A DNA stretch of 64,000 nt from an uncultured virus (IMG/VR IMGVR_UViG_3300014964_000592) (IMGVR_UViG_3300014964_000592:1-64000); one strand, 5' to 3'. Positions 1-9,235 are shown, numbered from the stretch's first letter. Notes: generated by a model from the letters alone, not told the origin. Program-made: numbers and translations.

Positions 1-3000
1 GGCTATTTCCTTTTCGGAATTATCCTCCATCTGCGCGATTTCAAGTTCACGCTGATTGTTTCTTTCTTCCTGCAAAAGTTCAGCGGTACGACGTTCCTCC
101 TCCAGACGCATCTTCCGAAGTTCGTATGCCCTCTGCTTGGGGTCATCCTTACTACCGCCACCGCCTTTCTTACCACCCTTTTTAGACTTATCGCGCTTGT
201 CAAGGGCATTGAGTTGCTGTTGATAATATTTATACAACGCGCTGGACTGGTCAACCTTTTGCATCTGCGAGTTGATAGACTTGCGGATTTCGGAAAATTC
301 CTCGGTTGTTTTGGCGTTCTTAATCTGGCTTTCAAGTGCGGTCTTGATAGACTGCATGGCCTGACTTTGATTGCTTTTATTCCGATTGTAATCGCCAACC
401 ATTAAATCGCTTTTAAGCTGACGATACAAACGCTTATCCACATCGGACATACTACCCTCGTTTAACTGAGAGCCGTAGCGGTCGATGAACTGCTGTAAGA
501 TAGCTGACTGCTCGGAATTAAGATGGTAGTTCTTGCCGCCCATCTTGAAATTGCTTCGCAGACGGGCGTTCCGTACAATCGCGTTATAGGCATCCAAATC
601 GGCTTTTGCCATCTTTGTGCCGGGAGTGATTTTGCCGTTCTTTCCATACTTGGCAAGAAGATTCTGCAAGGTCTGACGTTCTGCGCCGGTCGTATTCAAG
701 ACCTGACCGCCCACATCACGGAGCGTAATCTTGATTTTGTCAAGTGTATTTAGTGCAATATCAAGATATTTGGTGTCAATGTAAGGCGTGGCTACGGCGT
801 TGTCAACGTCTTTCATCTTGTCTTCCGCTTGCGCTGCCTTAACCGACGTTTCATCCAGCGCAGTGTTGTCGGTTGTCGGCGTAGCTGACGATTCATCGAC
901 ATCGCCAATCTTGCCTTCCGCTTGTTCGGCGGCTTCAAAAAGTTCATGTATGTTGATAGGGTCTGCCAAAGGTTTGACCGGTTTTGCATTGATTTCATCA
1001 ACCTCTTTCGATACCTTTGTCAGCTCCTCGGTCAATTTCTTGGAATCAAAGGTGGAATAATCAATTTCCGGCTGTGCCGCAGCCGCACGTTCAGCGGCAT
1101 CCGCAGCGGCATTTGCTTGGGCTTGCGTCTTCTCGGTCAGCTTATCAAGCGTATTGGTTTTGTTAATAAGCTCGGAAACAAGTTTGGATGTATCCTTGAT
1201 GTCAAGAACATACTGCTCGGCAAATCCCATCTGTTTCGCCAGTGCCTTTGCATCCATGTTTGCGGTTTGGGCAATTTCCGTCTGCAAGCGGGCAATTTCT
1301 TGACGTGCCTTTACAGCGGCTGCGTTTTCAATCTTTTGACCATTCTCGGTATAGGTTACATTAGCGGCATATTCCTTTTCAGCATCCTCAAGGAGTTTGA
1401 CCATTTCAGTAAGTTCAGCCTTTTTGTTTTCCACCGTGCTTGCGATGGTATCGGCCATAATCTTGGATACCTCGGCGGCTTCACCTTTTGAGTCGTTTTC
1501 GATGATTTCTTTCATCTCATCCTTGAAAGATGTAGTTGCGGCATCCTTTTCTTCCTGAATAGTTGCAAGACGGTTAGCCATCTGTCGCGCTTCGCCCTCT
1601 GCCATAATCAGTTGGTTAAGCTGCGCACGGACTGCATTTAACTGTTCAATCTTATCTTTTTCCTTGTCGATGTGAATACCGTATTCTTCCGCAGCCTTGA
1701 TAAGCTCCTCTACGGCATCCTTATGTACCCGGCTATCCTTATTTACCGAGTTCATCACGGCATAAAGCGTGTCGATATTGTTTTTCAGCTTCAACGTGGA
1801 TTCGCCAAATCTTTCAGACATAGCGGATGATTCCTCAGCTTCATCCTTGAACGTCATAAACAGACCGATGACGGTTGTTAGGGCGGTTATTATCATGCCG
1901 AAAGGATTGGTCATAAAAGCGACCTTGAGGCCATTCCATGCGTTCTTGCAGGCGTTGGTGGCCGCAGTCAGCGCATACTTTCCGATTGTCAACGCCTTAT
2001 CTTTTGCAGTCGCAAGGGCGGTCACGATTGTGCCGCGACTGGTAGCGGCGGTATTTACGTTTGTGGCCGCAGTGTTGGCGGTAGTCGCGGTAGTTTCGCC
2101 GATGACGGCGGCTGTGGCTGTCTGCTTCTGCACGGCCTGTTGTGCGGTAATAGCGCCGTTCAGTTCCTTTTCGGCTGTATTCACGCCCTCGGCTGCTGAC
2201 TGCTGGGCGGTAATAGCGGAAGCCTGCTCTTCAACTGCGGCCATGTATTCTTCGGCGGCGGCTTTCTTATCGTCGGCATCGCCGGCGGCTTCTGCCATCT
2301 CCATCAGTTCTTTTGCAGACTCAACACGTCTTTCCGCAGCTTCTACAAGCTGGTCACTTGCGGCTTTCTGCATGTTCGCGCTTTCAAGGGCTGCTTGTTT
2401 GGTGTCAACGAGTGCCTGTGCGTAATCACGCTCATTCTGTAAGCGTTCTGCCGTGTCATTCGTAATAATTCCGTTGGCGTTGGAATCGTTGATGTCGGCA
2501 TCAAGGCCACGCCCGGCTTCTTCGCGCTGGGTCTGCATGTCCTTGAGATGCGTTTCGTAGGTCTTCTGCGCTTCTTCTGCGATACGACGCTCATTCTCGG
2601 CGATGCGCTGCTGTTCCTGCTGCCATAAACGCCCCTGCTGGATTGAGTCGGCATACGTCTGGTCGATAGACCCTTTCTCAAGAGCTTTGCGTATGTCATC
2701 GTCGTAACCCTCCATCAGTTTGGCGTTCTGCATTTCCTGAATCTTGGCAAGTTCGGCATTGAAGCCATCCACGATACCCTTTGAAGCATCGATTACGGAC
2801 TGCTTGGCCGCGAAATTGGAAAGCATTACCGAAGTCTTGTAAACACCGAAAGCCGCCGCAGCGGTGGCGAGTACCGGGATGATTCTGCCGATGTTTTCAA
2901 CGATAGTGGAAGCCGTATCAATAACGCCTACGAGCGCACCCTCCATATTCTGACCCATGTCGTTAAACATTAAGTCCATCGAGTCGTTCAGTTTGGCGAT

Positions 3001-3843
3001 TGCACCCGGTATGGTCTTTGATGCCGTTTCCGACATCTTGTAGTATTTGCCGCCCTCGCTTGTAGCGTCAAGAAATGCCTGCTGAACCATCTCGGCTGAA
3101 ATCTTGCCTTGCGACATTTCTTCCTTGAGCGCACCGATAGACTTGCCGGTCTTTTCAGAGATAACCTGCAACGGCTGAAAGCCGGCGTTTACCATCTGCA
3201 TCAAGTCCTGACCCATCAGCTTGCCTGCTGCCGACATCTGGGAAAACGCGAGCGAAAGCGACTGAAAGCGGCGGGTGTCACCCATCGCAATATCGCCGAT
3301 AGCCTGTAAGTATCGCGGAACTTTATCAGCGTCAATGCCGAAGCCGAGCATCATCTGCGCGGTGGAAACAGTGGGCGCAAATTCAAGCGGCGATATTTTG
3401 GCAAACTCCTGTAATTCGGCGTTCAGCTTCTCGCCCTTACGCTTGCCAATCATCGTTTCGATAGATGCGTTCATCTGCTGGAACTGACCGCGTATGCTTG
3501 TGATTTTGGTAAGGAACTCACCCAGACCATACACGCCGGCAAGACCGCCCACGGCCATCATCGGTCGCGTCAGTAAGTCCTGTATGCGGTTGACCTCGGT
3601 AAATATTCCACTGAGGTTTTTCTTGATGCCAAATTCCATTTCCGCACCACTGCGCATTGCGGCCTGTGCAAGCTGACGATAACGCGCCGTGCTTTCGGCG
3701 AGTTTCTTGTTCAGTGCATCAATCGACGCGCCGGCCTGCCCCGGCCTAAAATTCTGAATTTGGGTCTTGGTCTTTGCGATTTCCTGTTGTAAACGTATCA
3801 GTTCGGAGTAATCCGCATCTACGTCAAATGCTAAATATGGCAT
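1..3843 (-). CDS. Tail tape measure protein (runs off the window)
   Basis: Not in the ORF track. My translation from ATG at 3843 gives MPYLAFDVDADYSELIRLQQEIAKTK...RGQFQQMNASIETMIG...QMMLGFGIDADKVPRYLQAIGDIAMGDTRRFQSLSLAFSQMSAAGKLMGQDLMQMVNAGFQPLQVISEKTGKS, the classic tape-measure domain, followed by Ala-rich/coiled-coil sequence. The frame appears open to position 1. Confidence 0.93.
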   Translation of the reverse strand, partial: MPYLAFDVDADYSELIRLQQEIAKTKTQIQNFRPGQAGASIDALNKKLAESTARYRQLAQAAMRSGAEMEFGIKKNLSGIFTEVNRIQDLLTRPMMAVGGLAGVYGLGEFLTKITSIRGQFQQMNASIETMIGKRKGEKLNAELQEFAKISPLEFAPTVSTAQMMLGFGIDADKVPRYLQAIGDIAMGDTRRFQSLSLAFSQMSAAGKLMGQDLMQMVNAGFQPLQVISEKTGKSIGALKEEMSQGKISAEMVQQAFLDATSEGGKYYKMSETASKTIPGAIAKLNDSMDLMFNDMGQNMEGALVGVIDTASTIVENIGRIIPVLATAAAAFGVYKTSVMLSNFAAKQSVIDASKGIVDGFNAELAKIQEMQNAKLMEGYDDDIRKALEKGSIDQTYADSIQQGRLWQQEQQRIAENERRIAEEAQKTYETHLKDMQTQREEAGRGLDADINDSNANGIITNDTAERLQNERDYAQALVDTKQAALESANMQKAASDQLVEAAERRVESAKELMEMAEAAGDADDKKAAAEEYMAAVEEQASAITAQQSAAEGVNTAEKELNGAITAQQAVQKQTATAAVIGETTATTANTAATNVNTAATSRGTIVTALATAKDKALTIGKYALTAATNACKNAWNGLKVAFMTNPFGMIITALTTVIGLFMTFKDEAEESSAMSERFGESTLKLKNNIDTLYAVMNSVNKDSRVHKDAVEELIKAAEEYGIHIDKEKDKIEQLNAVRAQLNQLIMAEGEARQMANRLATIQEEKDAATTSFKDEMKEIIENDSKGEAAEVSKIMADTIASTVENKKAELTEMVKLLEDAEKEYAANVTYTENGQKIENAAAVKARQEIARLQTEIAQTANMDAKALAKQMGFAEQYVLDIKDTSKLVSELINKTNTLDKLTEKTQAQANAAADAAERAAAAQPEIDYSTFDSKKLTEELTKVSKEVDEINAKPVKPLADPINIHELFEAAEQAEGKIGDVDESSATPTTDNTALDETSVKAAQAEDKMKDVDNAVATPYIDTKYLDIALNTLDKIKITLRDVGGQVLNTTGAERQTLQNLLAKYGKNGKITPGTKMAKADLDAYNAIVRNARLRSNFKMGGKNYHLNSEQSAILQQFIDRYGSQLNEGSMSDVDKRLYRQLKSDLMVGDYNRNKSNQSQAMQSIKTALESQIKNAKTTEEFSEIRKSINSQMQKVDQSSALYKYYQQQLNALDKRDKSKKGGKKGGGGSKDDPKQRAYELRKMRLEEERRTAELLQEERNNQRELEIAQMEDNSEKEIA

Positions 3844-3870
3844 GGCTGTTGAGTTGTTATTTTCAATCAG

Positions 3871-3944
3871 CCAATTTACCATGAAAGAGGGTGTTACACA
3901 TTATTTTCCGCGCACGTATAACGTACTATCAGAAAAAAGTCGTA
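3871..3944 (-). promoter_or_regulatory. Putative late promoter of the tape-measure gene (box plus degenerate -7)
   Basis: Minus strand reads TACGAC-N12-GTACGT (3944-3921), then 42 nt, then TAAATTGG (3878-3871). The geometry matches the three other box sites. Confidence 0.5.
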
Positions 3945-4018
3945 ACTTTGTGCTTTGAAAGGCTAAAGGGTGTGCGCAGAAAGGGAATGATAAACCAAAT
4001 ATCACCCCTACTGCCAAG

Positions 4019-4471
4019 ATGAACGAAAGTGCAAAAATCAACATTGGAAAGGTAGCAGCGTTGAAGAAGCTGCGAGAAAAAGTGAGCGAGCTTTCCGATG
4101 TAATGAAAGAATTGGGCGAGCCGATTCTTGATGACCTTGCTCTACTACCAGCAATCTACGAAGCATACAAACGTGTGTTCCAACGTCGCGGATGCCCGGA
4201 TGAAGCCACAAGCGTCCGCAACCGCAAGAAATTTCTCATGGTCGTGTTGTATCTCTATTCGCCGAAAGCACTCGCCGGCGACAGGATGCGCATGGGATTA
4301 CGAAAAAAAGTGTCGGAATTGTTCGGCTTGACTACAAGCACCCCAATATCCGACAACTGCGCGGGTCTTATCGTGCAATATCACGCTTACGCGGATTTCA
4401 GACGCGACGTTGACCTTATTTTCCAAGAGGTTTTGGATTCTCTTGATGATAAACTTATTGTTACTGACTAA
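4019..4471 (+). CDS. Hypothetical protein (150 aa)
   Basis: Clean ORF downstream of a TAACTTTG -7 element at about 3943. Confidence 0.7.
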   Translation: MNESAKINIGKVAALKKLREKVSELSDVMKELGEPILDDLALLPAIYEAYKRVFQRRGCPDEATSVRNRKKFLMVVLYLYSPKALAGDRMRMGLRKKVSELFGLTTSTPISDNCAGLIVQYHAYADFRRDVDLIFQEVLDSLDDKLIVTD

Positions 4472-4764
4472 ATAGCGGAATACGCCGGCATCTTGATAGC
4501 ATCTGCCGGATAGCCTACCATCGCTAACGCCTCGGAAAGATAAGCATCCATATTGGCGATAGCGGTGCGCCCCGACATACCCAGTCGCCAGAAGTACGAC
4601 TGATATTCTTCCATGCTTTGATTAAGGTCAAGATGATACTTGTCAAAAAGTCCCTTAATGACGGCGCAATCCTCGTATCGTTCAGTGGATAAGGCGTATT
4701 GGAAAATGACGGTCAAAATCTGACTGCCGTAATCCATCAGTGCCTTTTCAAACTTATTCTCCAT
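4468..4764 (-). CDS. Hypothetical protein (MENKFEKALMDYGSQ...)
   Basis: ATG at 4764 overlaps the end of the upstream HTH gene. Confidence 0.65.
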   Translation of the reverse strand: MENKFEKALMDYGSQILTVIFQYALSTERYEDCAVIKGLFDKYHLDLNQSMEEYQSYFWRLGMSGRTAIANMDAYLSEALAMVGYPADAIKMPAYSAI

Positions 4765-5053
4765 CGACGGGAACAACTTTAAGCTGCGCTCCGCATTTGG
4801 GGCAAAGGAACTCGTCCGCAGGTCTTTCTTTATTCGGCGCGGTGGCACGGATAGCGTCAAGCTCTTCATCTGACAAGAGCAGACTCCATGCCGGAACACC
4901 GAGGGCTTCGGCAATCTTCACAAAGGTTTCAACTTTGGGCATCGTGCCACGGATAAGCTGATTAAGACCTACGGTGGTCATGCCCAGTCTTTCCGCAAGG
5001 TCTTTCTGCGTCACACCGGCTTCAATGATGCGCTCTCTGATTCTGTTCTCCAT
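4754..5053 (-). CDS. XRE-family HTH regulator with C-terminal Zn ribbon
   Basis: RIRERIIEAGVTQKDLAERLGMTTVGLNQLIRG...FVKIAEALGV; CPKCG motif. Confidence 0.9.
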   Translation of the reverse strand: MENRIRERIIEAGVTQKDLAERLGMTTVGLNQLIRGTMPKVETFVKIAEALGVPAWSLLLSDEELDAIRATAPNKERPADEFLCPKCGAQLKVVPVDGE

Positions 5054-5166
5054 TTCCTATTTTTCGGGTTAAAGTAAACTGTTTGCAAAGTTAACAAAAG
5101 AGGAATACAATTAAAGTATTCACTATGTTAAATAGTGTTAAGACAAAGCAAAAACTTATATTGTTA

Positions 5167-5200
5167 TTTGGTGGATTAAATTATTTACTTTAACTTTGCA
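5167..5200 (+). promoter_or_regulatory. Bacteroidota sigma-A type promoter
   Basis: TTTG (-33) and TAACTTTG (-7); near-identical blocks at about 14418, 16588 and 49126. Confidence 0.75.
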
Positions 5201-5233
5201 TCGTAATCAATAACACCAATAAAAGTAAAAGGC

Positions 5234-5569
5234 ATGAAACTGATAACAAAAGCACTTGAAAAGACCTTTGCAAAATATCCCATGTATTCGCAGGATGGCA
5301 AAGGCAACGATGCGGTAGTAATCGCAAAATTCTTTCTGCCGGGTAGCGGCTTCACATGGTACGTCACAGAAGCAGAAAAGCAGGCCAACGGCGACTACAT
5401 GTTCTTTGGCTATGTAGAGGGCTTGGATAGCGAGCTTGGCTACTTCACACTATCGCAGCTTCAAAACGTGCGCGGTCGCTTTGGCTTGCGCGTTGAACGC
5501 GACATGTATTTCAACAACGGCAAGACCACACTTGCTCAAGTGAAACGCGAAAACGAAATGGCATACTAA
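5234..5569 (+). CDS. DUF2958-like protein
   Basis: AKFFLPGSGFTWYVTE...FFGYVEGLDSELGYFTLSQL...VERDMYF. Confidence 0.8.
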   Translation: MKLITKALEKTFAKYPMYSQDGKGNDAVVIAKFFLPGSGFTWYVTEAEKQANGDYMFFGYVEGLDSELGYFTLSQLQNVRGRFGLRVERDMYFNNGKTTLAQVKRENEMAY

Positions 5570-5635
5570 ACAACATCGACGGGCGAGCCGGTCATTAGAT
5601 GGCATGGCTTGCCCGCCCTAACACCCACAAAAGCA

Positions 5636-5878
5636 ATGATACTCAAACTTAAATATATCGGCGTTAACGACTGGAGCTATCGCGTGTATGAAGACCAGAA
5701 TGGCCGTCGCTACGGCAATATAGAATTAGAAGATAGCAACGACATTAGCGCAATCTATCTCTTGACGGCTGACTACGAAGAGCCACTTTGCCCCATAACT
5801 GACTGCAAAGATTTGGAGGCGGTTGAAATCACGCACCGCGATGGCAGTGTAAACACAATCACAATCCCCAACAAATAA
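5636..5878 (+). CDS. Hypothetical protein
   Basis: ORF in operon context. Confidence 0.6.
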   Translation: MILKLKYIGVNDWSYRVYEDQNGRRYGNIELEDSNDISAIYLLTADYEEPLCPITDCKDLEAVEITHRDGSVNTITIPNK

Positions 5879-5890
5879 AATCCGAAAGCT

Positions 5891-6070
5891 ATGGCAACAA
5901 GTCAGGAACTACCGGAATGGATGACCGAGGCGCAGATGGATGAACTTGCCGGCATCATCGACAATATCATCGGCGAGGGCGAAGAAGCCAACGCACCGCA
6001 ATGGCGAATTGACAACGAGGTCAATAAAGCCACGGCGCGGTATATCGCCAAACATCACCCCAACGATTAA
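5891..6070 (+). CDS. Small hypothetical protein (MATSQELPEWMTEAQ...)
   Basis: 59-aa ORF read by eye, below the track cut-off. Confidence 0.55.
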   Translation: MATSQELPEWMTEAQMDELAGIIDNIIGEGEEANAPQWRIDNEVNKATARYIAKHHPND

Positions 6071-6217
6071 GCAGCAGAACCATGAGAACGATTAAATACA
6101 ATAGCTTTGAAGAGGCATTTGCCGCGATGCTTGAATTTATCGACAAGGGAATCAAGTGCAAAGGCATCGGTCTGACAACCCTCGCGGTTTGGGATGACTG
6201 ACGGAAAAAGACCTATT

Positions 6218-6290
6218 TACGACTTTGTGTAATAGGTCGTAAGAGAACGACACCGAAATGTTTTGCGATGCGGAAATAACAGTAATTTAG
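6218..6290 (+). promoter_or_regulatory. Putative late promoter of the tRNA operon (palindromic box plus degenerate -7)
   Basis: TACGAC-N12-GTCGTA at 6218-6241; TAATTTAG at 6283-6290. Confidence 0.6.
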
Positions 6291-6303
6291 CATCGTAAAA
6301 CAT

Positions 6304-6376
6304 CGCGGGTTGGAGCAGTTGGAAGCTCGCCAGTTTAACTTGCTGGAGGTCGTCGGTTCGAGTCCGACACCCGCTA
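6304..6376 (+). tRNA. Initiator (fMet)-like tRNA with AAC (Val) anticodon
   Basis: Cloverleaf: acceptor CGCGGGT/ACCCGCT with C1xU72 mismatch; D stem GAGC/GCTC (A11:U24); anticodon stem CCAGT/GCTGG with loop TT-AAC-TT (AAC at 6337-6339); T arm GTCGG-TTCGAGT-CCGAC; discriminator A73; CCA not encoded. Confidence 0.9.
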
Positions 6377-6404
6377 CAAATAAAATCACTTACAAACAAA
6401 ATCA

Positions 6405-6776
6405 ATGAAAAAGTTAACCCTACAAATTGACAAAAAGTGCTTTCAGGCAATTCTGAAAGGCGAGCAGAAAGTCGAGCATCGGAACGTGTATCCCAATAAC
6501 GCCAAGAAGTATGTCATCGAAGAAGACAAGACTGATGAAAAGGGCGAAGCCATCACGGTTGTAACACCGGTTCACTACGATGCCCTCACCCTTATCAATG
6601 GTCGCCGCAAGGATGCGCCCCGTCTGACCGTGGAGGTCGTATCGGCTGAATTTGTCGTACTGACCGACGAAGACGGCAATGATTTGACCTTTGAAGAGAA
6701 TGGCGAAGTGTACTATGTTTGTCAGGTATGGTACACCCTCGGAAAGGTTCTTGAAACCGCCAACATCAACGAATAA
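6405..6776 (+). CDS. ASCH/PUA-like domain protein
   Basis: LTLQIDKKCFQAILKGEQKVEHR resembles the ASCH G-x-K-x-x-E-x-R motif. Confidence 0.65.
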   Translation: MKKLTLQIDKKCFQAILKGEQKVEHRNVYPNNAKKYVIEEDKTDEKGEAITVVTPVHYDALTLINGRRKDAPRLTVEVVSAEFVVLTDEDGNDLTFEENGEVYYVCQVWYTLGKVLETANINE

Positions 6777-6803
6777 TCATTAACCCTTTAACACTATAAG
6801 TGA

Positions 6804-7004
6804 GTTAGACGTAGAATTGATAACAACTATGGCCCCCGTCGGAACATGAACGGTGCCGGTGCCGGTGGCCGACTCGTAGCCCGTCGCACCCCTGCGGGCG
6901 TAGTTGCTGGTCGTAGCCAGCTCGGAAATCGTGAACAGCGTCGCGCTGACCTCCGCGCAGCCTTTGCTGACCAAATCCGCGCCGCTGGTGGAACAACCGG
7001 CTAA
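6804..7004 (+). CDS. Small Arg/Gly-rich protein with putative GTT start (66 aa)
   Basis: An in-frame TGA immediately precedes GTT. Translation: VRRRIDNNYGPRRNMNGAGAGGRLVARRTPAGVVAGRSQLGNREQRRADLRAAFADQIRAAGGTTG. An internal ATG exists at codon 15. Confidence 0.7.
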   Translation, partial: VRRRIDNNYGPRRNMNGAGAGGRLVARRTPAGVVAGRSQLGNREQRRADLRAAFADQIRAAGGTTG

Positions 7005-7014
7005 ACCCTAAATC

Positions 7015-7800
7015 ATGGCAACGCAGAATGTAAACAAGTACGCAGAAACCATGTCAATAGTTCGGCGTATCCGTCAACAGACGGATACTGCCGTTTTATA
7101 TTATTCAGCCGGCGGAAAGGACGGCATCGCTTTGCTTGATATGTTAGCCCCGGTTTTCAAAAAGGTTATCTGCTATTACATGTGGCTCGTGCCGGGTCTT
7201 GACCATGTGAAGCCCTATCTGCAATGGGCGGTACGGAAATACCCCAACGTTGAGGTTCGCCAGATTCAGCACTATCAGCGCGACTATTACGACCGCTTCG
7301 GATTCTTTCAGGATGGCGAGGGCGACCCAAGCATCAAGCCCCGAAAGGTAGGCGAGCTTGAGGAGGAGGTCAGACAGGAAACCGGCATCAAATGGGCGTT
7401 CAGCGGAATGAAAGGCGTTGACGGCTACATGAAGCGTATGCGCCTTTTGACTTTCAAGAAGCGCAACGGCACATACATGACAGACAAAGGAATGGTTTAC
7501 CCCCTTGCCGTCTGGACGAACAAGGAGGTGCTTCGCTATATCGAAATGCGGAATCTTATCAAGCCCTTTGTCTATAACCCCAAAGATGTAAGTCAGGGCT
7601 TTGGCATCGACTTGCGCTCCTTGCTTGTGCTTCGGAAACGTTTCCCCCGCGACTACGAGCGCACCATCCGCGAATTTCCCTTTTGCGAAAAACTCATCTT
7701 CGACTATGAAAACGGCATACTGCCATACGGTCAGGAGAAAGAGGTCATGGAAATAATCAAGCGCATAGAAACCGAATCAGAAGAATCAGACGAAGTATGA
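7015..7800 (+). CDS. PAPS-reductase-like / PP-loop family protein
   Basis: YSAGGKDGIALLDML (PP-loop-like) and YPLAVWTNKEVLRYI motifs. Confidence 0.8.
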   Translation: MATQNVNKYAETMSIVRRIRQQTDTAVLYYSAGGKDGIALLDMLAPVFKKVICYYMWLVPGLDHVKPYLQWAVRKYPNVEVRQIQHYQRDYYDRFGFFQDGEGDPSIKPRKVGELEEEVRQETGIKWAFSGMKGVDGYMKRMRLLTFKKRNGTYMTDKGMVYPLAVWTNKEVLRYIEMRNLIKPFVYNPKDVSQGFGIDLRSLLVLRKRFPRDYERTIREFPFCEKLIFDYENGILPYGQEKEVMEIIKRIETESEESDEV

Positions 7801-8681
7801 AGCCGAACAAAATCAAACAGGCAGAACAGCGCACCGTCAAGCGAAGCGAAATCAACTTTGCCTCCTACAATCCACGTACCATCAGTGACGAGGCGCGAAA
7901 AAAGCTCAAGAAAAACTTACAGACCGTCGGCCTACTGGGTGGCGTAGTATGGAACATACGCTCCGGCAATCTTGTATCGGGTCATCAGAAAGTCAGCATC
8001 ATGGATGCCGTGAACCGCTACGATGCGGAAACGGGCGCAAACGATTACGAATTTCGTGTTGAGGTCGTTGACTTCGACGATAAGACGGAAAAAGAGCAGA
8101 ACCTTTTTATGAACAACCGAGCCGTGCAGGGTACATACGACGATGACATGCTGCGCGAGCTTCTTCAAGAAATAGACTATACCAACGCCGGCTTCGACGA
8201 TACCGATATGCAGCTCCTCGGTCTTGGCGATTTCGGCGACTATGATATGGGCGATATGTTCGGCGACGATGGCGGCGATGCCACGGATGGCAACGATGCT
8301 GACGAGCCGGGCGAACCCACAGAAAACAAAGACTGGTCAAAGGGCGATGTTGTTGGCGAGCGCGAAGACCTTGCAATCCACGATGAAATGACAAAGGAAA
8401 GCGGCGAGAATCACAAGCTCGACCGCAGCGCGGATTTCTATCAGGATAGCGAAGCCAACCAGATAGCCCGCCACAACGAAGTGCAGAAAATCAAAGACCG
8501 CATCGCAAGTCAGAACGACGTGAACAAGGACGGCGGCATGTTGTCTTATGTAGTCATCAGTTTCAAGACTCCGAGCGAAAAGGTGCGCTTCATGGAAGAC
8601 TACGGCTTCGACCCTATGGCGAAATACATCAACGGCGAAGAATTTGTAAACAAATTGGAATTTGGCGATGATGAAAATTAA
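7797..8681 (+). CDS. ParB/Srx-like N-terminal domain protein
   Basis: SYNPRTI...LKKNLQTVGLLGGVVWN...LVSGHQKV; acidic middle region. Confidence 0.8.
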   Translation: MKPNKIKQAEQRTVKRSEINFASYNPRTISDEARKKLKKNLQTVGLLGGVVWNIRSGNLVSGHQKVSIMDAVNRYDAETGANDYEFRVEVVDFDDKTEKEQNLFMNNRAVQGTYDDDMLRELLQEIDYTNAGFDDTDMQLLGLGDFGDYDMGDMFGDDGGDATDGNDADEPGEPTENKDWSKGDVVGEREDLAIHDEMTKESGENHKLDRSADFYQDSEANQIARHNEVQKIKDRIASQNDVNKDGGMLSYVVISFKTPSEKVRFMEDYGFDPMAKYINGEEFVNKLEFGDDEN

Positions 8682-8773
8682 GGCAAAATTTAACTTTATT
8701 CTTTAATTTAGTATTGCACAATTAAAGAATTTTGTTTAACTTTGCATATTATACAGACACTGACAACAGAGAT

Positions 8774-9229
8774 ATGAACTACCGATTTTTAAGCAGCATA
8801 ACCGACGCGGAGGTTGCGGATTTTCGCAACAGGCTCGCGGCTGAACTGGCGACACGCATGACCGGCGACGGCAAGCGTGTTATCAGTGACGAAGCCATCG
8901 GTCAGGAGGTCAATCTGAATATCTCCACGGAAGATGTGAAGAAATATCTGCAAAGCAACGACGCGGAGCATTATGACTATGCGCAACTTGCAGACGTTAT
9001 CGCGGCCAAGTATCGCACATTCAGCAGTGAAGACATCGAAGCCACGCGCAAGGCGATGGTCGATAAATTCATGGAGCTGGCTGACGAGTATGGCTGGGAA
9101 AAAGAACAGGCACGGCGCGACGCAGAAAAGGAGTTTTACGACAATCTTTCTGACGGAACTATCATCGAACTTCTGCGCAACGGCGAGTCTATCACGGATT
9201 ACGTTGAATATGTAAGTATTTACGACTGA
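8774..9229 (+). CDS. Hypothetical protein
   Basis: ATG at 8774 follows its own TAACTTTG promoter at about 8737. Confidence 0.65.
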   Translation: MNYRFLSSITDAEVADFRNRLAAELATRMTGDGKRVISDEAIGQEVNLNISTEDVKKYLQSNDAEHYDYAQLADVIAAKYRTFSSEDIEATRKAMVDKFMELADEYGWEKEQARRDAEKEFYDNLSDGTIIELLRNGESITDYVEYVSIYD

Positions 9230-9235
9230 TAGCGA

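Noticed and set aside
214..3676. Plus-strand ORFs in the track over 0.2-3.7 kb and short ORFs over 58.5-64 kb
   Set aside because: They are shadows of the long tape-measure and giant tail-fibre frames, which the track omits because those frames have no stop inside the window.
6334..6341. Reading the tRNA as an ochre suppressor (TTA) or as Leu (TAA)
   Set aside because: Only the CCAGT/GCTGG stem pairs, and it centres AAC in a 7-nt loop. Shifted registers break the stem. TAA, TAG and TGA all end genes normally here, so there is no sign of stop-codon recoding.
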